A DNA stretch of 64,000 bases, taken from positions 186,001 to 250,000 of the forward strand of contig NIVC01000108.1 in the NCBI GenBank assembly GCA_002269645.1, given 5' to 3'. The notes under the pieces were generated by a model. The model was not told the origin of the DNA and ran no database searches. It saw only the letters and a program-made list of their open reading frames with translations. Source of the stretch: Macrostomum lignano. Its lineage: Eukaryota. Both the position numbers and the translations under genes were made by a program. Shown here piece after piece: positions 41,201-53,863 of the stretch (within the stretch, counting starts at the first letter, position 1; each line of letters starts with the position of its first letter).

Positions 41201-44200
41201 GAGGCGAACTAAAAAGGACACATGCGAGCCATCTGGCAAAACTCCCACACTAGCAAAACTATAATGCGGGCCTGAGTAGCCTCTCTCTTCTCCAGTGAGC
41301 AGCTTGTTAGCTCGTTATCGGAGGCCTCCGGGCCGGCGGTCGATGCCCAGGGAAGCCCGGCTCCCCTGCCGCACTTGCCGGCCAGGAGTCCCCCCAGCTA
41401 CCAACTCAGGCTGGAGTAGGGAGGGGGAATGGATAGATGGAATTAATCATGACATGGACTCGCCTGACTGACTGACACCCTGCAAGTGCGGAATCAGATA
41501 ATCACCTCATTGACCTGCGCTCCCTCATCTGAGTCTCGCCTGACCACCGATTGAAAAAACCTGAGAAATCCTCATGACTACAAATCCTGACACCCTCTTG
41601 ACTGCAAATCCTGACACCCTCTTGACTGCAAATCCTGACACCCTCTTGACTGCAAATCCTGACACCCTCTTGACTGCAAATCCTGACACCCTCTTGACTA
41701 CAAATCCTGACACCCTCTTGACTACAAATCCTGACACCCTCTTGACTACAAATCCTGACATCCTCTTGACTACAAATCCTGACACCCTCTTGACTACAAA
41801 TCCTGACACCCTCTTGACTACAAATCCTGACATCCTCTTGACTACAAATCCTGACATCCTCTTGACCACAAATCCTGACACCCTCTTGACTACAAATCCT
41901 GACACCCTCTTGACTACAAATCCTGACACCCTCTTGACTAAAAATCCTGACCGGACACAGTTTAGCTGACAAGCTGACAACCCTGACTGACTGTCTGACA
42001 GCCCTAACACGCTTGCATACCAGTCTTGTCGGAGCAGATGGTGCTGGTCGATCCCAGAGTCTCCACAGCCTCCAGGTTCTTCACCAGGCAGTTCTTGGAC
42101 GCCATCCGCTTGGCGGTGAGGGTCAGGCAGACGGTGACGGTGGCCAGGAGGCCCTCGGGCACGTTGGCCACGATGATGCCGATGAGGAAGATGACGGCCT
42201 CCAGCCAGTTGTACTGCAGGATGAAGGCGATGATGAAGAAGGACACGCCGAGGAAGACGGCCACCCCGGTGATGATGTGGATGAAGTGCTGGATCTCCCT
42301 GGCGATGGGGGTCTCGCCCATCTCCAGGCCCGATGCCAGGTTGGCGATGCGGCCCATAACGGTGTGGTCTCCGGTGCAGATCACGATGCCCGTGCAGGCG
42401 CCTGGGCGGGGAGGGGCAGGGTGCGCGTTGACAGCACGGCTAGTATGCGAATCTGCTACAGAACCTGCCAGTCAGACTACAGTACAGAATCTGCCAGACT
42501 ACAGTACAGAATCTGCCAGTCAGACTACAGTACAGAATCTGCCAGACTACAGTACAGAATCTGCCAGACTACAGTACAGAATCTGCCAGACTACAGTACA
42601 GAATCTGCCAGACTACAGTACAGAATCTGCCAGACTACAGTACAGAATCTGCCAGACTACAGTACAGAATCTGCCAGACTACAGTACAGAATCTGCCAGT
42701 CAGACTACAGTACAGAATCTGCCAGACTACAGTACAGAATCTGCCAGTCAGACTACAGTACAGAATCTGCCAAACTACAGTACAGAATCTGCCAGTCAGA
42801 CTACAGTACAGAATCTGCCAGTCAGACTACAGTACAGAATCTGCCAGACTACAGTACAGAATCTGCCAGACTACAGTACATAATCTGCCAGACTACAGTA
42901 CAGAATCTGCCAGACTACAGTACAGAATCTGCCAGACTACAGTACAGAATCTGCCAGACTACAGTTCAGAATCTGCCAGACTACAGTACAGAATCTGCCA
43001 GACTACAGTACAGAATCTGCCAGACTACAGTACAGAATCTGCCAGACTACAGTACAGAATCTGCCAGACTACAGTACAGAATCTGCCAGACTACAGTACA
43101 GAATCTGCCAGACTACAGTTCAGAATCTGCCAGACTACAGCACAGCTCAATACACGAATGACCAATACAATTTGCCAGACTCCAATCTCTCTAAAAGTCA
43201 TTAAGGAGAAAAGTCATCAGAGATGCTAACAACACACTGCCTGTTCCAAGGCTACTTAGCCGGATTGCATTGAGGCCCCAGTGAGAAACACGGGCAAAGC
43301 CAAGCCTTGAAAATTACTCAGCAAAGCATTGCTTCGCCGGTTGTGAGAGGGAAGAATGCTGGAAGAGGAAGAATGCTTTTCTTCGCGGCACAATAGCATT
43401 ACTGCCGTCTACTCAGGATGCAGTAGACTGGGAGGCATCTCACATCCTGAGTGTACAGCAGTGAGCAGCAGCGCAGAGCGGCAGTAGGAGAGGCACAAGG
43501 ACAGACAGGGAGGCCGCTCTCCTCACTGTCAGATGGAATCGATTGAGCCGTGTGGGGCAGGGGGGGGGGGGGGGCAGGCCGCATCCCCATTGATCAATTT
43601 ATCCCCGCCACACAGTTCACAGCGGGAGACGGGACCGATTTTGGGATGCAGAGCCCGTGTGTGTGGAGGGAGAGCAGGCCTAGCAAGTACGCGAATTTTC
43701 TCGGCTCCAGCCGCGGCAAGGGCTGGCAAAGCTTCTCCTCTTCAAGCCCAGCCACTCTTTAAAGCCCCTCTTAGAAATCCCCCTTCTCTCTCTCGCCTCC
43801 CCACGGCTGCCCGGCCGGGGATCCAGGGGGATCTCTTCCCCCTTGCCATTGCAAGTCAAGAAAGAGCCCCAAGCGACAGTCAATCGATATTCTTCCCCAT
43901 TGCATGTCCAGGCTGGGGCAGGGGAGACCGGAGGGCGGCGGGAACGGAGGGCAGAGCAGCTAAAAATAGGCGGCCGGTTGGGGGGGGGGGGCACTCAACA
44001 CAAATGCGAAGCTCCAAGGCCAAGCGAAGGTTCTGCTTGTCCTTCCTTCCCAATTGCAAGGGCCTCTGCAGTCCTGCTCCCCGGAGAGAGAGGGAAGAGA
44101 GAGAGGGAAAGAAGGGACTCTCTGGGTCTTCTTTCTTCTCCGTCCTGCCCGCGCAAGCCCGATGGGACACCCAGCGAGAAAGAACTGGAATCAGAGAAGC

Positions 44201-47200
44201 ACTGAGCCCCGCAAATGCGCAGTGGTTTTGCCAGCACAGAGAGCAGGTATTGATGAGACTCGTGCAACCCGAGCCACCCGTTCGCCCAGGCCCCCGCTCC
44301 GCTCAATGCATTTAACAGCAACTTTCAGTAAGCCAGTAAGCCTAAGATAAGGCTGCGAACGCAGTGCAGAGATACTAGCAGATAGGATAGGAAACACGAT
44401 ACGGGGGGGGGGGGCTGCCTGGGGACTCCGATACGGGGGCTGCAACTCTAACTAATGTATTCTTGTTTATCAGTACAGAAAGCCCAGCAACAGTTACACA
44501 AGGGTCACACAGGGCAGGCCCAAGCCGTTGCAATCCAGTGCAGGCCCGACTGACCCGCATTCCAGTCGGTAAACTGTGTTAACACTGCAAATTCTAATGC
44601 TGGGTGCCAAGTGCGCCCGGTGCGTTAACTTTCAAACTCGTCACCAAGCAACTGCTTTGCTCTTCAGCCAGTCCGAGGGCAATGAAAGGCTTAGGCGGGC
44701 GGTCAGTTCACGGGGCAAACTCGTGTGCACTAGCTGGCTTGAGAGCGACCGACAGCTTTTGCACTTGAAAGCACGCGATAGCTTGCATTATTGACAAGTG
44801 ATGACAGCTCCATCCAGTCTTTGTTCTCTCCGCATTATAACAAAATTGAGCTTTTTCAATAATCAAACTGACCCCCCGGGAAGGCTGCACAATGGCCGTG
44901 CGTGAATGAGCGCGGCCCCCTGACCCTGACCGGACAGAATCGGGCCTGCTAAGCCAGTGCAACAAGAACCAGAGGCCGACCAGCTGACTGACTGGCAGGA
45001 AGGGGGCCGGAACAAACTAGGAGAGATTTGCGCCGCCAGTTCAGTCCAGACTTCAGCTGGTGCGTGAATGGCTGCAGGAGGTGCCCTGGAGCCAGTGCCA
45101 GTTCAGCAGCCCCCCAGGCCCGAACAGTGCAAACAAAGAACAGGCCGGCTGCCTTGAAGAGTGTGCCAAGTTGAAAACAACAAGTCCAAAGCACAAAAGT
45201 AACCAATGTCACCCTTGCTGCCTTGATTTGGTTCAGCTTGGGGGGAATGCAGGATTTTCCACTCTGCACAGCCCTGCCGCCAGCTAATTCTGTTCTGCCT
45301 CTCTCAAAACTGCCTGAAACCGTCTGCTGGATACATTATTAAACATGCGCATTTGCTCGCCAGGCTGGTAGCTAAAATAATGCAAAAAACATTAATCAAC
45401 TGCTAGGCCAGCCAAGCTAACACATTTCATTTAACAGTCATCCTTACTGTACTGGTACTGCCTGTCTAGGCTTATAATCTATTTCATTTTTTGTACATTG
45501 GAAGAGCTATAGTCAACTAAATTACTGCAGTATGCCTGCAATAGGATGCCCTGCTCAACAGAGATTTTGTACCCGCTGGAATCTCAACAGAGATTTTGTA
45601 CCCGCTGGAATCTCAACAGAGATTTTGCATCCGCGGGAATCTCAACAGAGATTTTGCATCCGCGGGAATCTCAACAGAGATTTTGCATCCGCGGGAATCT
45701 CAACAGAGATTTTGCATCCGCGGGAATCTCAACAGAGATTTTGCATCCGCGGGAATCTCAACAGAGATTTTGTACCCGCTGGAATCTCAACAGAGATTTT
45801 GTACCCGCTGGAATCTCAACAGAGATTTTGCATCCGCGGGAATCTCAATAGAGATTTTGCATCAGCTGGAATCTCAACAGAGATTTTGCATCCGCTGGAA
45901 TCTCAACAGAGATTTTGTACCCGCTGGAATCTCAACAGAGATTTTGCATCCGCTGGAATCTCAACAGAGATTTTGTACCCGCTGGAATCTCAACAGAGAT
46001 TTTGTACCCGCTGGAATCTCAATAAGAGATTTTGCACCCGCTGGAATTTCAACAGAGATTTTGTATCCGCGGGAATCCCAAACCTCGCCACTAGCCATAC
46101 GATCTCACCTTCCACAGCATTAGTGGAGAAAAAGGCCAGGTTCTTGGTCTCGAGCGGGTTCTCGTTGGTGTACTCCGGAGTGCGGGACTGCGCCTCGGAC
46201 TCGCCAGTCAGGCAGGAGTTGTCCACCTTGAATCCGTGCGAGGTGATGATTCGAATGTCAGCTGGGATGCGGTCGCCGAGTTTCACTTCAACGATATCGC
46301 CGATGACGAGCTCTTCGGAGGGCACATTGAGCTTCTGGCCGCCGCGGAGGGCCATGGCGTGCTGGGGCACCATTTTCTTGAAGCTCTCCATGATCTTGGC
46401 GGACTTGGCCTCCTGATAGTAGGAGAACACGCCGGTGACCACCACTACGAAGGTGAGCACAATGCCCAGGTACAGGTTGTCTCCTGGCGGATTCTCGTAG
46501 GCTCCAGTCTGCAGGATTCGGCAGATTAACGCACGGATTATGGATTAGCCAGCAGAATAGGAGAGATAGGACTCAATTAAACACATATCTAGCCAGCAGC
46601 ATAGGAGAGATAGGACTCAATTAAACACATATCTAGCCAGCAGCATAGGAGAGATAGGACTCAATTAAACACATATCTAGCCAGCAGCATAGGAGAGATA
46701 GGACTCAATTAAACACATATCTAGCCAGCAGCATAGGAGAGATAGGACTCAATTAAAAACACCTAAGCCTGAGAATACAACAACACTATGCCATGCCATC
46801 ACTGTGGCACAGCACTAGACAGCTGTTTTGGAGTTCCAACTGACCTGGATACTGTAGGCAAAAAAGCACAGGACAGCTCCAATCCATAGCAGTAGAGAGA
46901 AGCCGCCAAACAGGGTCTTGCAGAACTTCACCCACTCTGGGGTAGTCTTAGGTGGTGTCAGCTCATTGCGGCCATACTTGGCCAGCCTCTGAGCTGCATC
47001 CTCGACAGTTAGGCCAGAGGTGGGGTTGGTCTCCAGGCGGCTGTACAGCTCTTGGATGTCAATGCGATGCTCATCCATGTCAAGCTCCTGCTTGAGATCA
47101 TCGAGCTTGGCCTTGCCGGCTTTCTTGTCATTTTTTTTCTAAATAGGTGAGAAAAGATAAACAACATATTTGCAACATACTGTACTAATATAACAAAATT

Positions 47201-48435
47201 TTGAATTAGAAAAGATAAATTTTATATTAAGTAATTTACAAATAATACTCTTTAAGTGCAAGATTTAAAAAATGTTATAGTCAAAATAAAAAACATAAGC
47301 CTTGGGCTTGGCTATAACAATATATTGACCCTAATATAAACAAAAAATAACAAACTAGATATTAAAGGGTCAAGAACTAAAGGACACAAGGTACTTAATG
47401 TATTTTAGCAAAAAGTCAAATAGTTTTATCTAATAATTTCTGTAAGTTAAGATTAATTTCTTATTTTTATAGGTATTAGATACCAATTTTTATCTTTATA
47501 ATTATATTACTAATATAATGTGAGATTCCTATCTATGAAAATGTCTTTTTATAAGTATATATAAAGTACTATACAATAAAATAGCTTAAATTAAAAAAAT
47601 TAAAAAACAAAATGCTATTTCTATTGAGGATAAAAATTTAGAGTCTTTCATCATAATTTGTTTTTACGACTTAAAATATAAATCTTAATTAGTCTAAAAT
47701 ATTAATATCAATGACAATCAAAAACATTATTATTTTTTATCAATTGAGCAAATGTAACAATTAATATTAATGATAAAAAGTTATTAAAAAGATAAAATTA
47801 TCTTATACAAATAAATATTTTTAAAATATAAAATAAATTGTAAACTAGGCATAGGTCTATATTTAAACAATTTTAAAATTTAATAGACTTATCTTTAAAC
47901 ATAAGACTTTCACTTTTTATAAAACTAATGTTATAATATAATAATACAAAATGTACTTTAATCTTATTTTCTAAAAATAAAACTCTAGTTTGATAAATTA
48001 TTAAACATTTTATCATTATTATAACAATGCAATCAAATATACTTTCAGCCAGAAAAAAACTTTCTCACAGCTTATGGCACACTAACTTTAAGTTTAAGTA
48101 GGGGCCTACAAAAATTATATACATTGTCCTAACTAATGCATGGCTATGACCTGCTAGAGGCAGTAAACTTGAAGAAGTCAGATATGAATCATATCTGAAT
48201 CATACCATAACCCATGCTAAAATATAGTTTAGAATGTCTACAGAAAACGAAAGATAAGTTTCAAATGATTTACGATCAAAGAAAATTGGTCCCTAGAGGC
48301 GATTTTCCATAGGAACTGCACTTCGCCGAAAAAATAAAATGAAAGTCTCATTTGGAATTTAAGGCAACTAAAAGTTGAGTATTTTGATGAATAGTGTTAG
48401 ATCAAAGGTAATAAATAACTTACCTCATCAGCCAT
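38209..48435 (-). CDS. ATP1A: Na+/K+-ATPase alpha subunit (P2C P-type ATPase), complete, 7 exons, 1007 aa
   Basis: Exons 48424-48435 (MADE), 46845-47138, 46109-46508, 42021-42401, 40343-41040, 38688-39569, 38209-38565 (3024 nt, all phases chain). Motifs [56 protein letters not shown]-terminal RETYY. AATAAA on the minus strand at about 38106-38111. Confidence 0.98.
38588..38680. repeat. Short degenerate (AGAC)n in Na/K-ATPase intron 6
   Basis: Direct reading. Confidence 0.8.
39650..40312. repeat. Composite minisatellite (24-bp GGGTCAGCAGGATTCAAGAGTCGC plus 14-bp GGGTCAGGATACAA variants) in Na/K-ATPase intron 5
   Basis: Direct reading. Confidence 0.93.
41572..41950. repeat. 24-bp minisatellite CAAATCCTGACACCCTCTTGACTA in Na/K-ATPase intron 4
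   Basis: Direct reading. Confidence 0.96.
42466..43140. repeat. 22-bp minisatellite CAGACTACAGTACAGAATCTGC (some units carry a 4-bp insertion) in Na/K-ATPase intron 3
   Basis: Direct reading. Confidence 0.96.
45557..46078. repeat. 29-bp minisatellite GGAATCTCAACAGAGATTTTGCATCCGCG in Na/K-ATPase intron 3
   Basis: Direct reading; internal hairpin AATCTC-AACA-GAGATT. Confidence 0.96.
46548..46755. repeat. 44-bp repeat, about 4.7 copies, in Na/K-ATPase intron 2
   Basis: CTAGCCAGCAGCATAGGAGAGATAGGACTCAATTAAACACATAT. Confidence 0.93.
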
Positions 48436-49396
48436 GGTGCCGAAATTGACAACTAACTCGTTTACTTTGAAACTTAGCAGCCGCTGCTCTGTTGACAAGT
48501 TAGAATTGTGAAAAATTAGTGGGTTTGTTTTTACAAGTTCGTAATCGCGCTCTCCCAATTAACGACCTAAAGTTGTGCTTTGCATCGTTAAAAAACCCGG
48601 AGAAAACCGGCTTTTCCAATCTCATTAAAATGCCAGTTTTTAGATTCTTTTTAGATCCTTCAATACCAAGGTGACAATTAATTGTTTTTCATAAATTTAA
48701 GTAAGTATTCTATGTCAGTCGAAAAATATCAAAATTCTCTATTATTTTACATTAGTTGTCTGTTCTTCTATGCGCCTGCACTGCCTGCATGGTTTTCATT
48801 AACATTGCTGAAGAGTTCACTGTTCCAAATATCTGAGCTTCAATCGTGCACTTTCAATACTTACTTTTCATTTTAGCTTCGTCATGCTCAACCCAAACTC
48901 GATCTAACCAATTGGGTTTGATACTTCTCTTCTTCTTCCATGTTGCTGCCTCAAGTCAAATTAAGCTAATTGCATGAATTGAAAAAAATGTTGTGCCAGG
49001 GTTTGCCTAATGTACATAACTGGCATTAAAAATCCGTGGCCAGTAAAACCACTACTCTTCCAGGACGCAAACTCAACGAAATGCGATGGTTGCTCCTACC
49101 GTGGCTTTTGCTCATTCAAAACTTCCTTTAAATTTATCGTCCGCTGGGACAACAATTGAATACATGTCATTGTAATCAGTAATTTTTTCATCCCTGGATG
49201 CCAAATAGAGGGCAAAATCGGTATAAAAAATGCTTTGATAAATCGGATATTTTTTATTGGACTTTGCTGAGGCTTAATTGTCAGCAGCGCGCTCAGTCCT
49301 GTTACCATACTCCAGCTCCCCCTTTTTTCCTATACTCATGGCATTTATCACCTTGAACCGCTTCTGAAACCAACCCAAATTGCTGGTCTGCCAGAA

Positions 49397-49661
<265 letters not shown>

Positions 49662-50262
49662 GCTCATGGAATAGACAGACAAAGAGCTACACAGCTCAGT
49701 GTGAGCTGGACAAACAGTCAAAAACTTCGAATCTCAACGACTATTCCTCAAGATCTCACCAATGTTAGTCAGGTAGATAATTCATTGGATTGAGCATCGT
49801 CGAGTGGCTACAGCGACTTCCAGCCTGTCCGTCTTCGCCGCAGGTCACGCAGCCTCAGAATCGACGCCACTGCAGTGACCCGAGCAGCTCTGATTCCGAG
49901 AAACAGCTCTCAGCGCTTGAAATCGATCGAGCGAGGCAATCGAGCTGGCTACTGTTTTAGCACGCTCTCTATCCACTTGCCTGGCATCGATCAGTCGCTT
50001 CCAACAATTGACGGACACCCCAAACCGCCTGTAAGTCAGATTTCTGCGCACTCAACCTGAGCTCAGCAGACCCTCAGGCTTCAGCCTTCGGACCCCCAGC
50101 GCTATGCTCAGACTCGGCAGGAGTAAACTCAAATGCAGCAGTGCCAGTCTATTTACAATGCGAAATGTTCTGTCAGCTCAGCAAAAGCGAATTCAAACTT
50201 TTCTACAGGAAAATATGTAAAAAGTTTCTAGAGAACTACTATGCAAGCAGATGACCCGGTTG

Positions 50263-52404
50263 CTATGGAAACCGGCACATCGCTGAAGCCTCCCTTCCGC
50301 CGATCCAGTCCGGGCAGTCGAAGGCGCGGCGGAACTCGATCAGGCCTGCCAGCGCCGCCTGCAGCACCGGCGCGCCATCGTCCACGCCTTCGCCGTCTGG
50401 CGAGCACAGCGACTGCGCCCAGTTGACGAAGAACAGTCGCAGCCGCGGCTCCACGGAGGCGCCGCCGTCTGACGCCGGCGTCGATGCGACATCGGCACCC
50501 AGCACTGCCAGGGCAGCTAGCAGGCCGATGCGTCGGGCAACGAGGGTGCCGACCAACCCGGCCGGACTGGCGGGCGGCAGAAGACCGGCAAAGCAGCGGT
50601 AGGCCTCCCCTGCCGCCTGCGCGCTCTTGGTGGAGTACACCCCGTCCAAGTTGGACGTCGGCGCCACAGCCCCGGCGAACAGGGACTCGGCGAGGCGCGC
50701 CCCGGCGAACGACAGCAGCGCCTCGGCCGGGTATCCCGCGTGCAGCAGCGGTGGCCGCATGACCACCGGCGGCACCACCACGGAGGCGTCGGCCGAGCGG
50801 AAACGAATGTCGCCGGCCACCGGCGCACCGGCTGGCTGGTCCAGACGGAGGCCGAGACCGGCCAGGCGGGCCAGCATGGCCAGTCGCGTGTGGCCGCTCA
50901 GGCGCGGCGCGGCCGCGTGCACCGCCGCCGCCAGCCGGCCGGACACGGCTTCAAAGACTCCGGACAGGCGGGCCCGCAGCGCCAGGTTCAGCAGGGCTGC
51001 CGATGACTGGTGTGGCCTGCCGAAGTCCTCGACTTCTTGCTCAGCGGCGATCGCCGCCAGGCTGCGGTTGCCCAGCCGGCCACAGGCGAAGGCGCGGAAG
51101 TTGCGGCAGGGGTCGGCGCTGACGTTGGCGACGGCGCGAAGACGTTTGAGGAGGCGGCGCCGCTCCGCTGCGAAGGCGACCTCGGAGTCGGCGGCGGCTG
51201 GGATCAGCGGCGGCGAAGCATCAGCGGCGGTGGCAGCGGCGGAGGCCATCGAGGTGGGCCGAGCGCCGGGGGCGGCAGCGGGCCGGGCGCTGGCGGCCAG
51301 GTGCAGCCCCAGCAGGACGGCGCCGACGGCGAGCAGCGAGCCGGCGACGCAGCAGAGGCCGACGCTGAGGCCCAGAAGCGGCAGGCAGGTGGCGGGTGCC
51401 GCCGTCCGACGAGGATCTCGCCGCTCCTCAAAGTGAGTGCCGTCGATCTCAGCGACGCCACTCCGGCTGAACTGGCGTTGAACCTGTGGCTGGCGGCCCG
51501 CCTGCGCCGCTGGAGAGGCGGTGGCTCCAACGGCGGTGACAGCTGCGTCCGGGTTGTGCAGAACCAGAGGAGTCTGCAGGAAAGGAAACGGTGCTTCAGC
51601 TGTTCAACTGGTGCGAAAAGAGAATGAGAGGAGAGGAGAGGAGAGGAGAGGAGAAGAGAAGAGAGTAGAGGAGAGGAGAGGAGAGGAGAAGAGAGTAGAG
51701 GAGAGGAGAGGAGAGGAGAAGAGAGTAGAGGAGAGGAGAGGAGAGGAGAGGAGAGGAGATGAGAGGAGAGGAGAGGAGAGGAGATGAGAGGAGAGGAGAG
51801 GAGAGGAGAGGAGAGGAGAGTAGAGGAGAGGAGAAGAGAGTAGAGGAGATGAGAGGAGAGGAGAGGAGAGGAGAGGAGAGGAGAGGAGAGGAGAGGAGAG
51901 GAGAGGAGAGGAGAGGAGAGGAGAGGAGAGGAGAGGAGAGGAGAGGAGAGGAGAGGAGAGGAGATGAGAGGAGAGGAGAGGAGAGGAGAAGAGAGGAGAG
52001 CAGGTCGAGCAGAAGGCTGTCTCAAGTGGGAGCCTCACAGAGCAGCGCTCCTGGTCGTGGAGCCGCAGGGTGCCGTGGCGGTAGGTAGCAGGGGGCGGCC
52101 CGAGCGGCAGCAGCACGTACGAGTTGCTGCAGTTTCCGCCGCCGCTGCAGCCACCGCCGCCGCTGTCGCCGCTCAGCTGCCGCCGCCAGCGGTGTGCGGA
52201 GTCGCCAAAAGTCGTCGAGGTCGACGCTCCAATCGGCGTTGATGGGAACCGTTGCAGCGGCTTGGCGACGCGGTTTGGCGACCACTGGCAGCAGGCGGTG
52301 GCGGCGGCCTCGGCGTCTGCCGCTGAGACGGCCACGTCTGCCTCGATCGGGAAGGACCGAGAGACGTCCAGGGCGCGGCACTCGGGGCAACAGCAGGACG
52401 ACAT
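50263..52404 (-). CDS. Neprilysin (M13)-like type II membrane protein, internally shortened and predicted inactive; 2 coding exons (52039-52404, 50263-51573), about 558 aa
   Basis: Donor TCT|GTGAGG and acceptor TTTCCTGCAG|ACT, phase 0 (an alternative in-frame acceptor is at 51483). TM segment CLPLLGLSVGLCCVAGSLLAVGAVLLGLHL, then DPCRNFRAFACG (cf. DPCxDFYxxACG), VVPPVVMRPP (cf. FPAGILQPP), FFVNWAQSLC, EFRRAFDCP and a terminal Cys. Confidence 0.8.
51627..52000. repeat. (GAGAG)n pentamer repeat in the neprilysin-like intron
   Basis: Direct reading; pyrimidine-rich on the sense strand. Confidence 0.97.
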
Positions 52405-52486
52405 TGTCGCTCACGACGTCTGATAGCTGGGCATGCGGATGAGTCAGTTATGGTTCTGGTTATTTATTTAATGCCCAGCAGCCAGC

Positions 52487-53118
52487 AGATTTATCCCCAG
52501 CATCCAGCAGATTTATCCCCAGTAGCCAGCAGATTTATCCCCAGCAGCCAGCAGATTTATCCCAGCAACCAGCAGATTTATCCCAGCAACCAACAGATTT
52601 ATCCCAGCAACCAGCAGATTTATCCCAGCAACCAACAGATTTATCCCAGCAGCTCAGCAGATTTATCCCCAGCAACCAGCAGATTTATCCCAGCAACCAG
52701 CAGATTTATCCCCAGCAACCAGCAGATTTACCCCAGCAACCAACAGATTTATCCCAGCAACCCAGCAGATTTATCCCCAGAAACCAGCAGATTTACCCCA
52801 GCAACCAGCAGATTTACCCCAGCAGCCCAGCAGATTTATCCCCAGCAACCAGCAGATTTATCCCCAGCAACCAACAGATTTATCCCAGCAGCCCAGCAGA
52901 TTTATCCCCAGCAACCAGCAGATTTACCCCAGCAACCAGCAGACTTACCCCAGCAGCCCAGCAGATTTATCCCCTGCAACCAGCAGATTTATCCCCTGCA
53001 ACCAGCAGATTTATCCCCTGCAACCAGCAGATTTATCCCCAGCAACCAGCAGATTTATCCCCAGCAGCTCAGCAGATTTATCCCCAGCAACCAGCAGATT
53101 TATCCCCAGCAACCAGCA
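52487..53118. repeat. 21-22-bp minisatellite CCAGCAGATTTATCCC(C)AGCAA
   Basis: Direct reading; accounts for ORF 52450-53187. Confidence 0.95.
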
Positions 53119-53514
53119 GCCCCGCACGGCATAGCAGTATGCATTCTGTTGTACTATGGACAAGCCCACTGCACAGTGCGGATTTGAACCCGCCCATCCC
53201 GCGGTGCCATCGCACTTGAACTCGGCGCATTCCCATCAGCAGACTGCATGCTATAGCGGAGTGATCCAGTGGTCTGAATAATTACAATGATGCAGAGCTG
53301 GGAGGCTGGGATCGGTAGCAGCTCCCCAAAACTCCTGCTGCAGTTTTCCTGTGGACTGCGAAAATAGAAATTTCAGTTGAGGGCACTTCCGCAGAGTGGG
53401 TACTGGGCTCATTAATAATTAATTAGCAGTTGGCATCACGCCTCGGATATGAATGGGGGTCATTTTAATGCTTGTGTTGTCTTGCTGAGAAACAGCCTAA
53501 AGCTGAGACCACTC

Positions 53515-53845
53515 TATTCCTGCACCCATGATAGGCTAGATTAGCAATCCATTCTATTCCTGCACCCATGATAGGCTAGATTAGCAATCCATTCTATTCC
53601 TGCACCCATGATAGGCTAGATTAGCAATCCATTCTATTACTGCACCCATGATAGGCTAGATTAGCAATCCATTCTTTTCCTGCATCCATGATAGGCTAGA
53701 TTAGCAATCCATTCTTTTCCTGCACCCATGATAGGCTAGATTAGCAATCCATTCTATTCCTGCATCCACGATAGGCTAGATTAGCAATCCATTCTATTCC
53801 TGCACCCATGATAGGCTAGATTAGCAATCCATTCTATTCCTGCAT
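53515..53845. repeat. 40-bp satellite, locus 3 of 3, about 8 copies
   Basis: Same unit and orientation as loci 1 and 2. Confidence 0.97.
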
Positions 53846-53863
53846 CCAATAATACACCCATAA

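Noticed and set aside
38170-42883. Plus-strand ORFs overlapping the Na/K-ATPase exons (similarly 5680-6357, 28500-29315, 29742-30500, 50627-51627, 57537-58448, 61500-62114)
   Set aside because: Antisense shadows of GC3-rich coding sequence
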